A DNA stretch of 62,178 bases, the filler included, from Choristocarpus tenellus KU-1152 (lineage: Eukaryota > Protista > Phaeophyceae), in the NCBI GenBank assembly GCA_964200185.2. It is 10 parts of 10 records of this genome, joined end to end, with 100 filler letters (N's around TTAATTAATTAA, not from the genome) between each part and the next. Parts side by side here need not be neighbours in the genome. Positions count along the whole stretch, not along the records: positions 34,390 to 44,242 come from CAXNAD020003331.1; positions 44,343 to 59,355 come from CAXNAD020001077.1; 8 more parts are not named here. The stretch is one strand, 5' to 3'. The position numbers and the translations under genes were made by a program. The notes beneath the pieces were generated by a model. It saw only the letters and a list, made by a program, of their open reading frames with translations. It did not search any database and was not told where the DNA came from. Of the stretch, positions 41,101 to 54,922 are shown piece by piece. Within the stretch, counting starts at the first letter, position 1. Each line of letters opens with the position of its first letter.

Positions 41101-44100
41101 TTTTTTTCGGATCCGTTTTTATTGGCATGTAAGTGAGAGTTGCTGACATGCACAAATATTTTCTATTTTCATTTGCTTTTTAAATCATGTGGGAGTTGAG
41201 AGAGTCACAGCGAGAGGTACTGAGGGTTGAATTTAAAAAGATTGCGACAAATTGGTGCAAGATTTGCCTTTCTTTGCAAATTCGTGTAGGAAGTTTTCTT
41301 AGTTTTGTCGAAAAGTATCTTAATAAATAGAGAAATCAATGCTCTCAAGTCAAACTTGGCACTTCGTCGATAGAAATATGGGTGAATTGCAAAAATAAGA
41401 AAAAGTGGCTTGAAATGCAAAACAGACAAATCTCGGATACCTCTCTCTTACTTTTTGACTTTGACACGCGTGCTCCTTCGTTTGCATGTTTTGTAGTGAA
41501 GTGTAATTTATTTCCCACTATTGCACAGGATAGAAGAAGGATTATTATTATTATTATTGAGGTTATTTTCTACTAATGTTACTGTAAGTGTTCATATTTT
41601 TTTTAATTTTTGTAATTGTGTGTATTTCCCACAACACAGGATAGAAGAAACAATTAATGGAAGTAACCCCTCTGGCTTTCTTGTAGACGTGTTTTTGGAG
41701 GGTTCAGTTCTCGTTTTTCGAATGTCTTCTTTTTTTAATTATTTAATCAAATTCTCCAATCGGATAAGATAAACACCTTTAAGTTAGTTCGAGTCAACAT
41801 TATACATTTTATTGTAATAGTAAGACAGTAATTTTTGTAAATTGGAATTACTACTTCAGTTTTTTTGTAATTTTGTTATTGAGATTGGAGAAAGAGAAGA
41901 ATAGATAATTGGTTAACGGGTCGACTGACCTAGTAGTTGACACGTCACATCTTTTGATCACTCTCTTGACGAGAAATTTATTGGAAGTGCGATGCAGGAC
42001 TTCTTCCTTCCTAAACCCAAAAATCTTGTAACCTTCATTTTTTTATGGGGAGATGTATTTAACCATCACCATCACTTCAGTTTTATGTTAACCCTTTATT
42101 TGATGTTAGATGTTATCCCTATCATTATGTACAAGACCCTTTCGTCTTGCCAAAGTTCTTCAACTCAACATTCTGTAAAAAGTTTTGTTTCATGAATTGG
42201 TCTTATTTGCGGAATAGAGAAGAAAGGGAAGATGGACGGAGGGTGTACGTGCAAGGTAGACCAGAAGGTCGGTTTGAGGGAGAATTGCAACCCCCTTGGA
42301 CTGGGTACTTGAATCGTCTTTGTTTAGTTGCCAACAAACAAAAGTTCTGTAGAATTTGATTTTGAGGTATACCTTCTTTTTGTTTTTGGTAATGAAAGAC
42401 CCTAGTAAGGCTTGTTTGTGGTAGTATTATTGAACAGATTGTTTCGTTCATCTAGTGCTTTGCTCGTAGATTGGGTCACCTCTGGTCGTGGCCTTGACCA
42501 AGAGGTTTGAAGAGTGAGCATGTGAGGCTATTGACTTTTGTTCTTTGCGCGCGATGGAGACAGAAGATTATGTGAGGCGATGCCAAGGTCGATCGCAGGT
42601 GAACTGCAGTCCTCTTACTACTTCCATTATATACCTACGTGATTCCAAATATCTCGCAGCGAATGATACCGAGGATGTGGTGGTTGTTCTGTGTGATTAT
42701 GTGCAGCATATGCCTATTCGCACTCTGCTCGTAAGGATCGTTGCAGTCTTTGTATAAGAGGAAAATGAAGGAACAATCATGGGATGTAGGTAGGAACGTG
42801 GTAGATGGGAAGCAGCAAGCAAGCGCACGAGACTGAAACCCAGTAGCAGTATTGGGAGAGAGGTGGTTAGGGCCAGCTCGGCACGCATTCAGCAGGCTAC
42901 GCCTGTGAAAACAGGGGGTTTTCTTATTGAGAATTGTACTGGTGGTAGACGTGGGGCGAAAGATGGTAATCACGTGTACGATGATTAAACAATACCTTGT
43001 TAAAGGAGTCAGCAAACTTGCGGGAAAGGTGTCTGGTCTGATTATGGCTTTGTAACGCTTTAGACTGAACCGCTTTTGTGAAGCATTTAAAAAACTGTTT
43101 TTGTAAGATGGAGTAACATCGAAAGAGTTGCTGGTGCGAGCTACCTGCTTGAGAATGAGAGAGCTGGTGCGCGGGCAACGTACAAGGTGATAAGCAGATA
43201 CTTATATACATTTTTAACGCTGGTTATATGGTACAAACCTAGGTGGCATCCAGAACCGTTTTAAGGGGCTCAATTTCGTTTGTGGAATAAGAACAATGAA
43301 AATATACAATGGAGCGTAACCAGAAAAGTGTAGATGACCTATCATGGTCATAATTTTGTGTTGTGCTTTGCGTGGATTACTCTTGGTCTATCTGGTGCAC
43401 CGGGGGGCGATGTGGATCGTGATATTCTGCAGCAACTATGTTATGTGAGAGTGAGGAAGATCAAGAGATCACCAGGGGGGGTGACTTCCGAGACTTGCTG
43501 TAATCAAGAGTGAAGTAGAGATAGAAGTGAAAGGGTCAGTGGAATGGTATGGCTGTGAAAGAAAAGAGATGATTATACGAAGTATTGACAGCATACTGCC
43601 AGCGGTATATGTAAATATATATTAGCAGTATGTATCGTACATACTTCATACCGATCTGTTAATCCTCTAATTTCTTGTTGACAGAAATCGCTCCAATTTA
43701 TGCTCAAAATCATCACGCCCATCAATGTTTTGGGATTATTGTGTATCTCTGATTGTAACTAATTTTGGAGAACTACAGAGTTGCAGTTGGTGCTTCTGTA
43801 CCCTTCCGCATGAATCACCTGCAAGGACTGCAAGGACCACGGACTGTTTGTAACTGAAATATCTTCAGTACTTGCCAAGACTTGTGAAATATGTTGTATG
43901 ACTGATCTGAATGATAATGAATGTTCAGCAAACAACCACGCTCTCCACATCACCCGTACATATTAATATTATCTTCTGTATCTCGTCCCCTCTGTGGGGA
44001 CTGCCTCTTTTGAAAGGTGGGACCAAGAGGTGCGGCTCAACTAGCCCGCGCACTGAGGACCAACACCTCCCTGACTGAGCTGGACTTGAGGGAAAACAGT

Positions 44101-44175
44101 GTGGGATCAAAAGGAATGAAGGCTATCGCAGATGCCTTGGCCGAGAACCATACAATTCGAATCCTGCACTTACAG
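35884..44175 (+). CDS. Leucine-rich repeat protein (RI/NLRC3-like LRR), partial
   Basis: Exons ~35884-36030 (start uncertain), 36449-36550 (ELEVEWEG..SLTRLCLTHNE) and 44017-44175 (VGPRGAAQLARALRTNTSLTELDLRENSVGSKG..) join in phase 0 across a 7.5-kb intron. Confidence 0.8.
38900..40937. mobile_element. Putative non-autonomous DNA transposon(s) with subterminal short repeats (hAT-like)
   Basis: Dense GGACATGG/GGACCAG/TGGCCA motifs. Imperfect CAGGG..CAGTC / GACTG..CCCTG ends at 40256 and 40937. No TSD found. Confidence 0.3.
41214..41443 (+). mobile_element. MITE family C copy (empty site for the family B insertion)
   Basis: GAGGTAC..GATACCTC ends. The internal CAAATTCGTGTAGGA..GTCGAAAAGT..AGAGAAATCAAT.CTCTCAAGTCAAA matches 57528-57938. 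Confidence 0.7.
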
Positions 44176-44342
44176 GTGAGGTTTTTGTGTGTTTGCTCTT
44201 TGGAGTGTGTTTGGGGTGGGGGGGGGGGGGGGCTGCTAGATTNNNNNNNNNNNNNNNNNNNNNNNNNNNNNNNNNNNNNNNNNNNNTTAATTAATTAANN
44301 NNNNNNNNNNNNNNNNNNNNNNNNNNNNNNNNNNNNNNNNNN

Positions 44343-44399
44343 AACATTGGATTTTGACTCCAAATGGACGAGGCCTTACCCTCTAAGATACTTTGGCTC
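44343..44399 (+). mobile_element. MITE family A right end, followed by TTAA
   Basis: ..CCAAATGGAC..TACCCTCTAAGATACTTTGGCTC|TTAA. Confidence 0.8.
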
Positions 44400-45791
44400 T
44401 TAAGCCAACTTCCTAGCTTGGTCCAAGTGTGATAAATTTATGTTGCCAGAGGAACTAAAGCAAGCACACTGATTCGATGAGATATATCGTAAGACCTCAA
44501 TATAATGAACATGCTTGCAATTACATACATAACGATGATGGTAACAAAAAACAGCGGTAACCCTTTTCTCGAATTGCCCGACCAGGGAAGATGTGATTTT
44601 CCCAGGCCAGGTCAGGGCATCAAAAACCGTGAAGGGTTTTGAGTTCCTGGTCGGCCCAGGTAAGGTATATTATAATGGGGCCAGGCTAGACCCTTCAGAA
44701 ACATTACAGAGTCAGCTCTGTTAACTATCAATTCGGTGTAAGATCGTGAGAATTTTGTTTACAGAAATAGTCCACCAGTATGACTGATGTACTCACCTTT
44801 GCCTTCTGCTGTTATGGTTGGTTCAAAGCGCGTAGATCCTGTGGCAATTCCGGCGAAGCCCAAACCATATTACTTGTCCAGCACAAACAGGGAATCCTTC
44901 ACCTTCTCAGATAGGACATTCTACCCGTTGTATTCCACCTCAACCTCCTACACCACCAATGGTGCACCACCTCCAACACCACCTTCCTTGCCCATGAATA
45001 TGTGTTCCAGATGCACCCTCTTTCCCATATTAATTCTGTAGCCCATCTGTGCCAAGGGGTACATCTTTGTATTATTGATGGTGCCTAACGTATGTTACAA
45101 GGGAAACAAAAATATCCAACACAACTCATCACTTATCACAAAAAAAAAATGAACGCAAAATACTGTACCCAGAAAAAAGAGAGACAATGAGAAAGGGAGC
45201 AGGTGGTGGTGAGTGTGCTTGTGCCTTGCTTGGGGTGCCTCAGCTGCTGCTTCAGCACAACATGCGCCACCCACCACAACCTCCCTGGCCTGCCACCCCT
45301 TGTCCATGAACCTCTCTTTTGTCAACCACACAGTGTGTCACTCATAGTACGTATGTTGGTTTGTTGTCCTTCTACTCCATCCCTCAATCGAGGCCCCAAG
45401 CTTTTCAGAGTTGACTTGTTCGAGAATCCCTGCATGAAGATATTGTGGCATGAGTATGATTCATTTGATGATAGATTAGGAGTGTGTATACTAGTATTGA
45501 TGTTTGACCTCTACACTAGACTCACTTACAAGAGCAATTAATGGTGGGGAATTGCCTGACCACCCTGTGTGCACACGTACACATTGATCCACTCACACTC
45601 GAATATATATACATAATGAATATAACGCAGTATAGAATAATGTGTTATAGGCGATATGTCTTGATGGCGGTTTCATAAACACCATTATGACATTGAAGTT
45701 CTAGATTTGATATATTTGTACATTGTACTTCTTGACTATTTATTTATTATTTGGTCATTATGGTCCCCGATTGTGATAAGACATCGTAGAC

Positions 45792-46160
45792 CAGTTCCTT
45801 TTCATACGATGATATTGATGATAATCCAAGTGAGAGATCCAGCTGACTTGACGACTTGTGCATCAGGAGTCCTATGCGTGCATCAGTAACATCTATAGGC
45901 CCGTAGATTGGCGCTATACATCCTGTGGAGGTAAGCTTCTGGAACGTGCTATAACATAGAGGTCCTACCGAGACAGTTCCTTTTTATACGATGATATTGA
46001 TGATAATCCAAGTGAGAGATCCAGCATACTTGACGACTTGTGCATCAGGAATCCTATACGTACATCAGTATCATCTATAGGCCCGTAGATTGGAGCTATA
46101 CATCCTGTGGAGGTATGCTTTCTGGTGCACGCTGTAACATGGAAGTCCTACCAAGACTTC
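45792..46160. repeat. Tandem duplication of a ~183-bp unit
   Basis: CAGTTCCTTTT.ATACGATGATATTGATGATAATCCAAGTGAGAGATCCAGC.. at 45792 and 45975. Confidence 0.85.
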
Positions 46161-46699
46161 CACTCTGTAACAAATACTGATGGGATAGCAAAAAATATCT
46201 ATGATCTACTTCGTCATCACTCAACAAAGTTACTAGAGAATTGCTGTTACATGTCTGGTTAGGTAGCCTGTGCACACATACACATTGATTCACTTACTCT
46301 CGTATATCTACTGGGTAAACACAGTATAGAGTGATACTGATGGGATGATCTACTTCACCTCTCAACAACTTTACTAGGGAATTGCTGTTACATGTCTGGT
46401 TAGCTAACTCCAGACTGTATCTGTAGCTTCACCAGTGATATTCATGTGCGTGTCACGGCACCTATTACTAACAGGTACATCCACCGCTACTACTGCCCAC
46501 CTTACTTTCCATTTCCATCTGCGAGTTCTCCAAACAACATCGCCTTGGGAGTTGTGTTACAGCTGATAACTGAATATCAAGTTATTTGTGATGTAATAAG
46601 TGCAACTAGCAAATATGAAATCGGACCTGGTCAACAGATCGGTTCAATCTTACATTTTGTCCTTTTGTAGATATATGACATCTGGGATACTCAATGACA

Positions 46700-47400
46700 G
46701 ACACACTACTTGTGACATCTCAATATATGCAACATTCAGGTCATATTGTTGCTGCCACTACCAACCTTCGTGAGATGGAGTCAGTCTATTCATTTCAGCG
46801 AATGAACTTCAATTTATTAAACGTGAGAGATGATCTGAAACCACTCAGCTATTGGGCATCCATCGTTGTCTACGCGCTATTGTCCTTGAGGATTGAGGCC
46901 ACATCATCCCAACTACGGGTGTCAACTCAGTGCTGAAATAGTCGCTCATCACCCATGCATGCAGCTGACCCTGCAAACAGAAGCCTCCACTTTCACACTT
47001 CAGCCTCGATCCTACTGTCACGCCCAATCTCCACAGGGAATATTTGTAGGACAGCATGTGATTGGTAAGTTCCCAGTTGCGAAACCCAATCCTGGGTTGA
47101 AAGAACATGCGATGATGAGAGTGAAGCTTCGCATAGTGGACCCAGAGGAGTATTTACACCACAAAAACATATAATGGGACCTCAATTACGGAAAAGGCCC
47201 TGAGCATTCGAATCTTTAGCTTGATCAAGTGATACACCTATAATTGTGTAGCAACCACTTTCCTGTATTTGCAGAAACAACCCCAGCCTTTTGAACATAT
47301 GCGTTTATCTTGGTGGTGATATCAATTTCTTTACTGAAAGTGACTCTAAAGGAAACCAACCTTTAGTCTACTTTATAGTGCTAACCCAAATCCCAGATCC
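46700..47400 (-). mobile_element. RTE-clade non-LTR retrotransposon relic (post-RT region)
   Basis: Frameshifted DITTKIN..QKA..CFCKY..LKIRMLRA..HHRM..IGFR..HMLSY..KRRLLFAG..MGDERL. This matches the brown-algal RTE LINE C-terminal consensus as I recall it. Confidence 0.7.
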
Positions 47401-48425
47401 ACACCATGCCTGCGAAGTTGTTGTGGGAGGACTACCGCACGTTCTTACTACATGTTCAACTCAGACACGTTCAACACCAATAACTCAGCCACCTTGATAG
47501 CTTTTATTTCTCCTCATCAAAATTTCTTGGGCCTCAAACACAATTCATCATTAGTGTAGAGTGTAACGCACAGGTTCTTATTGTATTATGTAAATGATTT
47601 TATTAAGCCCTCTGACATTTTGCAGATGTATCTGGGGAAAACCAATGAAAGCCAACTCAATATCATGAGAACCCCTGTAAAATTAACTGTTGTCGTAAAA
47701 TTGAAAGATGTTTTTCTAGTTAATATTTGACTACCAGCTATGCCACACCACTCCCCTCCTATGCTTCCGACCTAGCTTAGCCCTACGCCATAGGGCGAGG
47801 AGCTAGGGAAGCATCCCAAGGATCTTACAGGCCCCTCCTCGCCCATCTCCCTGGTGTCTTCAGGTGAAAAAGTATGACATATCTTGATAGAGCCACTAGT
47901 GTTGTGACAGACACTATCTGTCGTAAAGGGATTTGACAGCTCTTTTCCTGCTGTAGTTTCCCGTCCCTCTCCTTCCTACCGTGTGCGTAGTCAACTCATC
48001 TAGAAAACTTTCTGCTTGCTTAACCGAGGCGCCCAAAACTTTCCCGCAAGTGTTGAGATTAAAACTACGACCGTGGAAAGAGTCCTCGTAATGGGTGCGC
48101 TTTCGCGCATCAGCTGCCGCAACAGCTATAGCTACGCCATTCTGGTGGATGAGTGTGGCAGATGGAGGCTGCTCGCACTTGTGCAAAGTGAACATGTAGA
48201 AGGATATTGTATGATATGATGCCACAAGTCATAATAATATATATATAAAATGCACCTCACATACACGATGGCGCGCTATACTATGGAGATTACAACGCAA
48301 TACAGACTACGTTGAACGAGAAACCTCCCTTCCTCTGTTATGAAACCAAACCTCCTTTCATTTCTTGATCATTTGCATGTTTGCGTCCCCTTGACTTGCG
48401 TTGTTTGTTTATTTGCGGAAGAAAT

Positions 48426-51400
48426 ATGCGGGCGTGTGCGGGGCGTATACTCCTAGGGGTTGGCCTAGTTCTTTCAACCCCTGGTTATGCATTCTTTTCC
48501 CCTGTAAGCACGTCACCGTCTATCCTATCCAGCGGACGTCAGCAAAGTGTCTGGGGGGGTCAAAGACTACAGGGATTTGGCAAGATTGCCCATGTCTTGC
48601 ACTCTACTATTCAGGTAACTATGTAGCAGGTTGATGCTATACGAAATAATGAGTTGTCAGATGTTTTGGGGGTGGCTAACTCCATGATACGTAGGTATGA
48701 CGACCTCTAGTCCTTGTCATTCGAGGAGATGACAACATGATACTAGGTTGCTTTATCGTTGAATATTCAACGAGCAGTGGAATCTTCTCGCGCTAGTTCC
48801 GGAAGGGAAGGGAAAAGGGGGGGGGGGCTGCATATACATGTTGGGACGTACACTTTTGTCAATATGATGAGAAAAACGACTCCATGTTTCCATAACCAGG
48901 GACATGAAGGTGTGGTTCTATCATAGGTACTATCGCATTAGTAATTTACCTGCGTAAGGTTAGGGGGTCTAGATGTAGTTACCTTTTTAAAATTGCCAGA
49001 TGGAACTGGCGCCTGTCTAGGGTTTCGCATGGACGACTTGAACAGACTTGTACAGTCAAGACACTAACAGCACAACTATATACATCACCTACTCCTTTTT
49101 TCCTCGCAGGCCCAAGAGCGGCCACCCCTTCCAGAGGAATTCTACGAGGAAAACTTGCTGGATAAGGTGAGCCGACGGGATTATTCCACCCTAGAAGCAA
49201 TTCAGACATGTACACATACACTCAAGTACAACAAAAGCCACGACGAGGTCATGCCCCCAAGGGTACAGGTATTTTTGGCACTTGCCGTTATGTTTCTTGG
49301 TTACACCCAGCTCAAGGATAGATGCTTGGACTGAGGGTTGGGATAATTATACTTGCCGTACCTGTTCTTCCAGTTAATATCCACCCACCACGTCCATCGG
49401 GTTTTGTCCAGCATGAAGTCAAGGTTATGCTGTTGTCCGAGGTAAACACGTGAGAACCTCACCCAATAGTGCTTACCGGGGCTTCATTTGCGCACAAGTT
49501 TCGCTGCAATGTTAAGCGGGTAGACTTTGAACAAATGGATTTAGAATAGTACCTTCCTCCAATTGTCTGTGTGAGCTAGGTAGAGATGTATGCATTCAGA
49601 GAGGCTTTTAGCATGGCTACACCTCACGTATGCCATGTGATGGAGGAGAGGCTGTGTGATGCAAGGGTGCTAGTGTGCAGTGGGGATCAGGCACGTATGT
49701 CATTTGTTGTTTGGGCTAACTTGTGTTGTTAGGAAGGGGTTCAAAAGTGCCTGGAACTGTGTGTGCCAAGAGAAACTGGGGATGATGAGGACTGTGTCAA
49801 CATTGGACTGATTGAGAGTACGAAGGGACAGTTGATGTTGATTCTTTTAATTCTTGTGTTTCTTGTTGAGTCTGTAAGGTAGTCTACACATGCACTCTTT
49901 TTTGGGGGTGTGGCCCTCAATACTACCCTTACCCACTTTTAGGGCGATGGATACATGCTAGTACCCAATGAGTTGAAAACAAAAGCCACCGGTGATCTTT
50001 TCACCCACAACCTGACGATGTTCACCTCCCCCCCTGTCCTCCCCTATCATTTTGCTCTCTCTTTGGTGTATTAGGTAGCGTTGATGTTGTTTAGAGGGCT
50101 AGTGCAGCGAGAGATAGGGTTCAAGTCCGACAAAGCAGGATACGATGGTTTGATTGAGGAAGCACAGAACTACATGGTGGTTCAGGTATGTGGGAAAGGG
50201 AAAGGAGAGGAGACATCGATATATATATATATACTTGTGTGTGTGTTCATGAATAGGTAAGGAAATTTTTTTGTGGTAGGTTTGAACTACGGGTGATAAT
50301 GAGTCAGGCTGCGAAATGATAATTTACTCACATCTATGGGTGCAGTATGTGCAAGGAGTGGTGTCAAACATTGGGTCAGAGGTATGCACATGGATACTGC
50401 TCTGCACTTTATAAGGTGTTCACTGACACTACAAGTGATTCATTCCTTGATGGTTCATCCTATAGAAACACCGTTCATACTAGAGAGGAGGGATTACAAC
50501 AAAATGAGACATGCTTGTCGTTCTTGTTGAATTCTTTTTGTGGTTCCTGGTGGATCCAGCAAGCCAATCGAGGGGTGGGCTGCTTCACACTGCCTGCAGG
50601 GAATGGTGAAACATCCAGAGCACCACCAGCAAACCTATGAAACTAGTCAAGTCAGTTCTGAAGGTCAAGTTTGTCGTTTCAGAGGATCATGATAGAGGGG
50701 ATTCGACTGTGATGGGGGGTTAATGTGGATCTAGACCCAAAGTATCCTGCGGGGGGGGCTGTCTACACCTGGGTGTCCATTTTGGCCAAAACCAGGAAAG
50801 TGCACTTTCTTTATCCATCCAACGTATGCAACCAAATCACCCAAAATTGCGACATGAAAAAATTGATTCCAAATGGACAGCTGCCACCCTCCCCCCAGAT
50901 ACTTTGAACCTCTAGTGGTCAGTCATATTTTGACCTCGACTGTTCCTTCAGGGCTGACACAGTCAAGGTGTGCACGCCTTCAACCTCTATGTGCATCCTA
51001 GATGCAGGGTGCGGGGTCACTGACGTATGTCTGAAGGGCTTGTAACAAAGCTTGCATGGCATCATGGGGTCGTAAGTCTCACCCACCTGTGCTCTTCTCA
51101 TGTCTGCATGACTCATCACCATGGCTGGTGCATGGCGGAGTACTTGGGAGGATGCAGTATAGAGCGTCCTCATGTGGCTCAGTGGTAAAGGTGTTGGCTA
51201 CCCGTGCAAATTTCATAGGTTCAAAATCTCTTCAATGCCGTAATTCTTTTTTGAAGAATCTGGTTTTGATGATCCTATTCCACATGGCGAGGGCAACGAA
51301 TTGTACACTTGTAATATCCTGTTTGAAGCTACAGCACAAAATTGCCGGACAAAGATCGAGGTGGAAACTTCAAGGCTGGTCGGAGACAGCTTTCAAGGGA

Positions 51401-54400
51401 GGAGTGCTAAAAAACACAAATCGCAAGAAGCAGAGCAGGAACAGAGGGAGTTGAATCCGCTGCAGTGCAACACTTAGTCCACCTTGAGTATTAGGAGTAC
51501 TGGAGTGTACAGTGCCTCTGACTACAGGTTGGGGGAGGTAGTGCCTAGATGAAAGCGTGACAAGTACTGAATAAAACGATAAAGTAAGTAGTAGTACCTC
51601 TCCACTTGGCACTGAATTTAGACCTGTGTAGTGGAACATGAACGTGGTGGTCCTCCCTGGGACCGATACCATCGCAGGTGCACATTGCATCAGTGGAAGT
51701 AGAGACACTGTGATTGCACATATGGAACAACAGCTGGTGGATGACCCGCATTAAGCTTTAGCCCCCTGCAGGAGGCGTGCGAGGTGTGGTGTTGCACTTG
51801 AGGCCTCCCCCCAGCAAGCCCATGATGCTAGTATACCCCAGGGCGTGTTATATCATCTGCACAACGTGGTCCATAAGCACTCTTGTGTTTTTCACGTGGC
51901 CCTGGAACGTGACCCCCACCATCTTACAGTGATCTTGAAAGCGGGGGTGATTCCTGTCAAGGCCAAGCTTTAGAGTTGCAAACTTGTCCTTCAGAACTGG
52001 TTGGTCGTTTCATTGGTTTTGTTTAGGGATAATCTGGATGCTCATGGATTTCCTGCACACAGTGTGGGGCATCCCATCCATAGGTTGTAGGCAATGTTAC
52101 CGCAGGCATTCTACCACTGTGAGGACTCTTTCCTCCATGAGCTTGGAGTGTATGCTTGAATAGCTTGATTCGTTTATTGAGAGTGGGCCTACATGGTCTC
52201 CAATCGGGTAAGCTCAAGGAAACAAAACCAATGCCAACATTTGACTAACTTCCTTACAAAAACATCAATCTGGGTCTACAACCCTTAACCCTATGAGTGC
52301 TTCTCCCTGATGTACCCAGAGATCAAGGCTTTTGCATGTGCATTTACAGCTGAGCCTACTTGTAATTACTGAACGCGCTCTTTGTGTATACCCTCCAGTC
52401 TCATGTGTGTCTACTTTTGCCTACTATGATATTGTATGTGTACTATTTTGCACATGAGATAGACGTTTTTCCAATGCATGATGGAGGCGATGCCTCTATG
52501 AGGTGATATTATGTGTAATGGAAAGTCGCCACGAGCTCTCTGCTTTACCTGCAACCAAGACCTTGTTTTGTTCTAGTGCTAACAAAAAAGTAGTACTAAT
52601 AGTACAAGAACACACTCCCTTCATCTCTCCCCATAAATACACACACAAAAGTACAGGTACTTGGCCCTTGCTCGCATGCAAACATGAACCCCACAAGTAG
52701 TCCTCTGTTTGGGAAAACTGTCTTGTGATAGAGATACACCCTATTATGAATGTTTTGCTTGTATTGTATGGGAGGCATCTCTTGTATGTGTAGTGTGTGC
52801 CACGTGAGAGTCAATCCAACTGGGAGGGGGGGGGTACTGCTGAGTTTCGAGGACCGCTGTAACTCTCTGGTGACAGGTACTTTTTCTTTTTTTTTCACAT
52901 TACAAGAGTCCACACATGTGGAGTCCATTTTGTTTTGTATTTAAGATCCTTCAGTTTGCAGGATGAAGTAATCCTTACTGGCGCTCCTGTTTGAATGTCT
53001 CCGCCTTCCTTTAAACAAAGTTGAAGACCCCCTTAAAGGATCGAGAGGGATAAAAGACACATGCCTCCTCATCCTCCATTATTTTGACTCTGAGAAAATA
53101 GAGGCGGTACTGATCCCCCTGTGCAGCTGTGACTCAGCCAAAAAGAAAAAAAGGTTTCCAAGGTAGTGGCCAAGTCAAGGTTCGTCTTTGTGTACAGCTC
53201 CTTTTTTCTGAGTTAGTCAAGCCCCTATTGGCGTGTACACTGAAGGGTATTATGTATGTATGTATGTGTATTATGTATGTATGTATGTATGTATAGAGTA
53301 TATAATATTGACATGTATTTCTGCTGCTAATGCAAGGACAGCATGATAAAACCAAAATATGTTGCACTTTTTACATTTTTTTTTACGTGAAGGAGGTATT
53401 GCACTTCTCTTCATTGGAGGTACGTCGTCATTCATACCATCGCGTATAATTTTTGACAAACTGGGTTAATTCCTGCCACTACCCCATGCTGTAACCACGA
53501 ATGCAATCACTCTTCATCACGTCAAGGGGGCAACGGCCCAGGAGCAGCAGGACATGGTGGTACGGGTGCTTGGAACGATCGCTGGGCCAGCAGTCCCGCC
53601 TGTGTACAGATTGTTTATGGCGCCGTGGCCCTGGGCTCCCCTCTTGACAGCTTTCTTCACCCCACCTTTCTTCAAGGTATTGAAAAGCAGTAGGTTATAT
53701 GCGGATGGGGAGTCAAGGAATATGGTGGTGGCCCTTTAGAACCCTATGATTGAGTCTCTCTTTGTATCCCTACGCCGAAGTGTGTTTTTGTAACTGTTGC
53801 CGTGGGGTGACAGTTACACCCTGCAGTGGTTTCAGCATTTCTGGTCGTTCTCGCCGACGGTGGGGTGGCGAACCATCACAAAAAAACAAAATCTTGTTCA
53901 TGTTTTTATCGCATGTGCCAGGCGTGAACCGAAGGTGGGAGGTGGTGAGTGTTGATTTGTTGATATATATATATATATATATACATTTTTTTTTAAATGA
54001 AACCCGATTTGATAGTGACTAACAATTTATTCACGTGTATGTGTCATCTGTTGACCCGAGGCGGCCTTCATCGACTGAGGACACTCCGCGTGTAGCCAAG
54101 GGACTACGCCTACGAACTCGAGAGGGTTCATTGGTAGTCCATAGCAATTACTACTACTCTGCTCGATGCATAGTGAGGGTTAGGGCTCGAAGGTGTTTGC
54201 ACTGTGCGTGTATTTTCATGCTCTATACCATGTGTACAGAGTGCTTGTTATTTTGGATCAGGGGATGTAAGATCGGCTCTTCTGTGTCGGTTGTTCATGG
54301 TTCAATGTGCGATCACGCTGTGCTCTGTAGTGACAAGGCAGCAGAGTGGTTGAAGGGGTGACTGCTATTGTGCCTCTCGATTTTTGCTGACGGTTGTCGG

Positions 54401-54885
54401 GGCAGGTGAGTGTCCTGCCGGCACGAGCAAATGAATGTTTCGGCTGTGTGTGGCACACAGAGCTCTCTTCTGCCCGAGCAGATGGTGACGTTGGTTCTGC
54501 TTTGTGACCCTGATCGACCGGTTGCTGCCGAGCATGGCCAGGCCTGGATAGATGTGTTGCCTGCTTCGTACACCTTGCTCATGTGCCTCTGCTCATGTTC
54601 CTGGTTGTTTTGAGCTGCGCAGTGACAATGGAAGACGGATGTGTGAGAGGAGATGACGCGAGGCGGTTCTTGAATGTCTTTTCCCGGTGGTAGTACTGTG
54701 GTTCAGGGCCCTCCCTCTCCATGAGGTCTTTCTCGCCCTCTGCGAAGTCTGTAGCTGCCTGCAATCATGTGATGGAAAGACAGAGCAAGTCCTAAACAAC
54801 AAGTGGTGCCGCTTGCTTTCAAGGGAGGTGAATAGTAAAACAGCTCTTGGCTGATCTAACGCCTTCCTGGATGCACACTGCGTCC

Positions 54886-54922
<37 letters not shown>

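Noticed and set aside
42500-43450. Possible LINE relic (YKYL motif on the minus strand)
   Set aside because: A single short motif in heavily decayed sequence is insufficient.
44500-45060. Possible gypsy RT relic (QDLRALNQ on the minus strand)
   Set aside because: Only one motif is recognisable; too degraded to call without a search.
54313-54765. Nested antisense gene in D27 intron 4
   Set aside because: Short ORFs with stops and no recognisable domain; more likely a repeat fragment.
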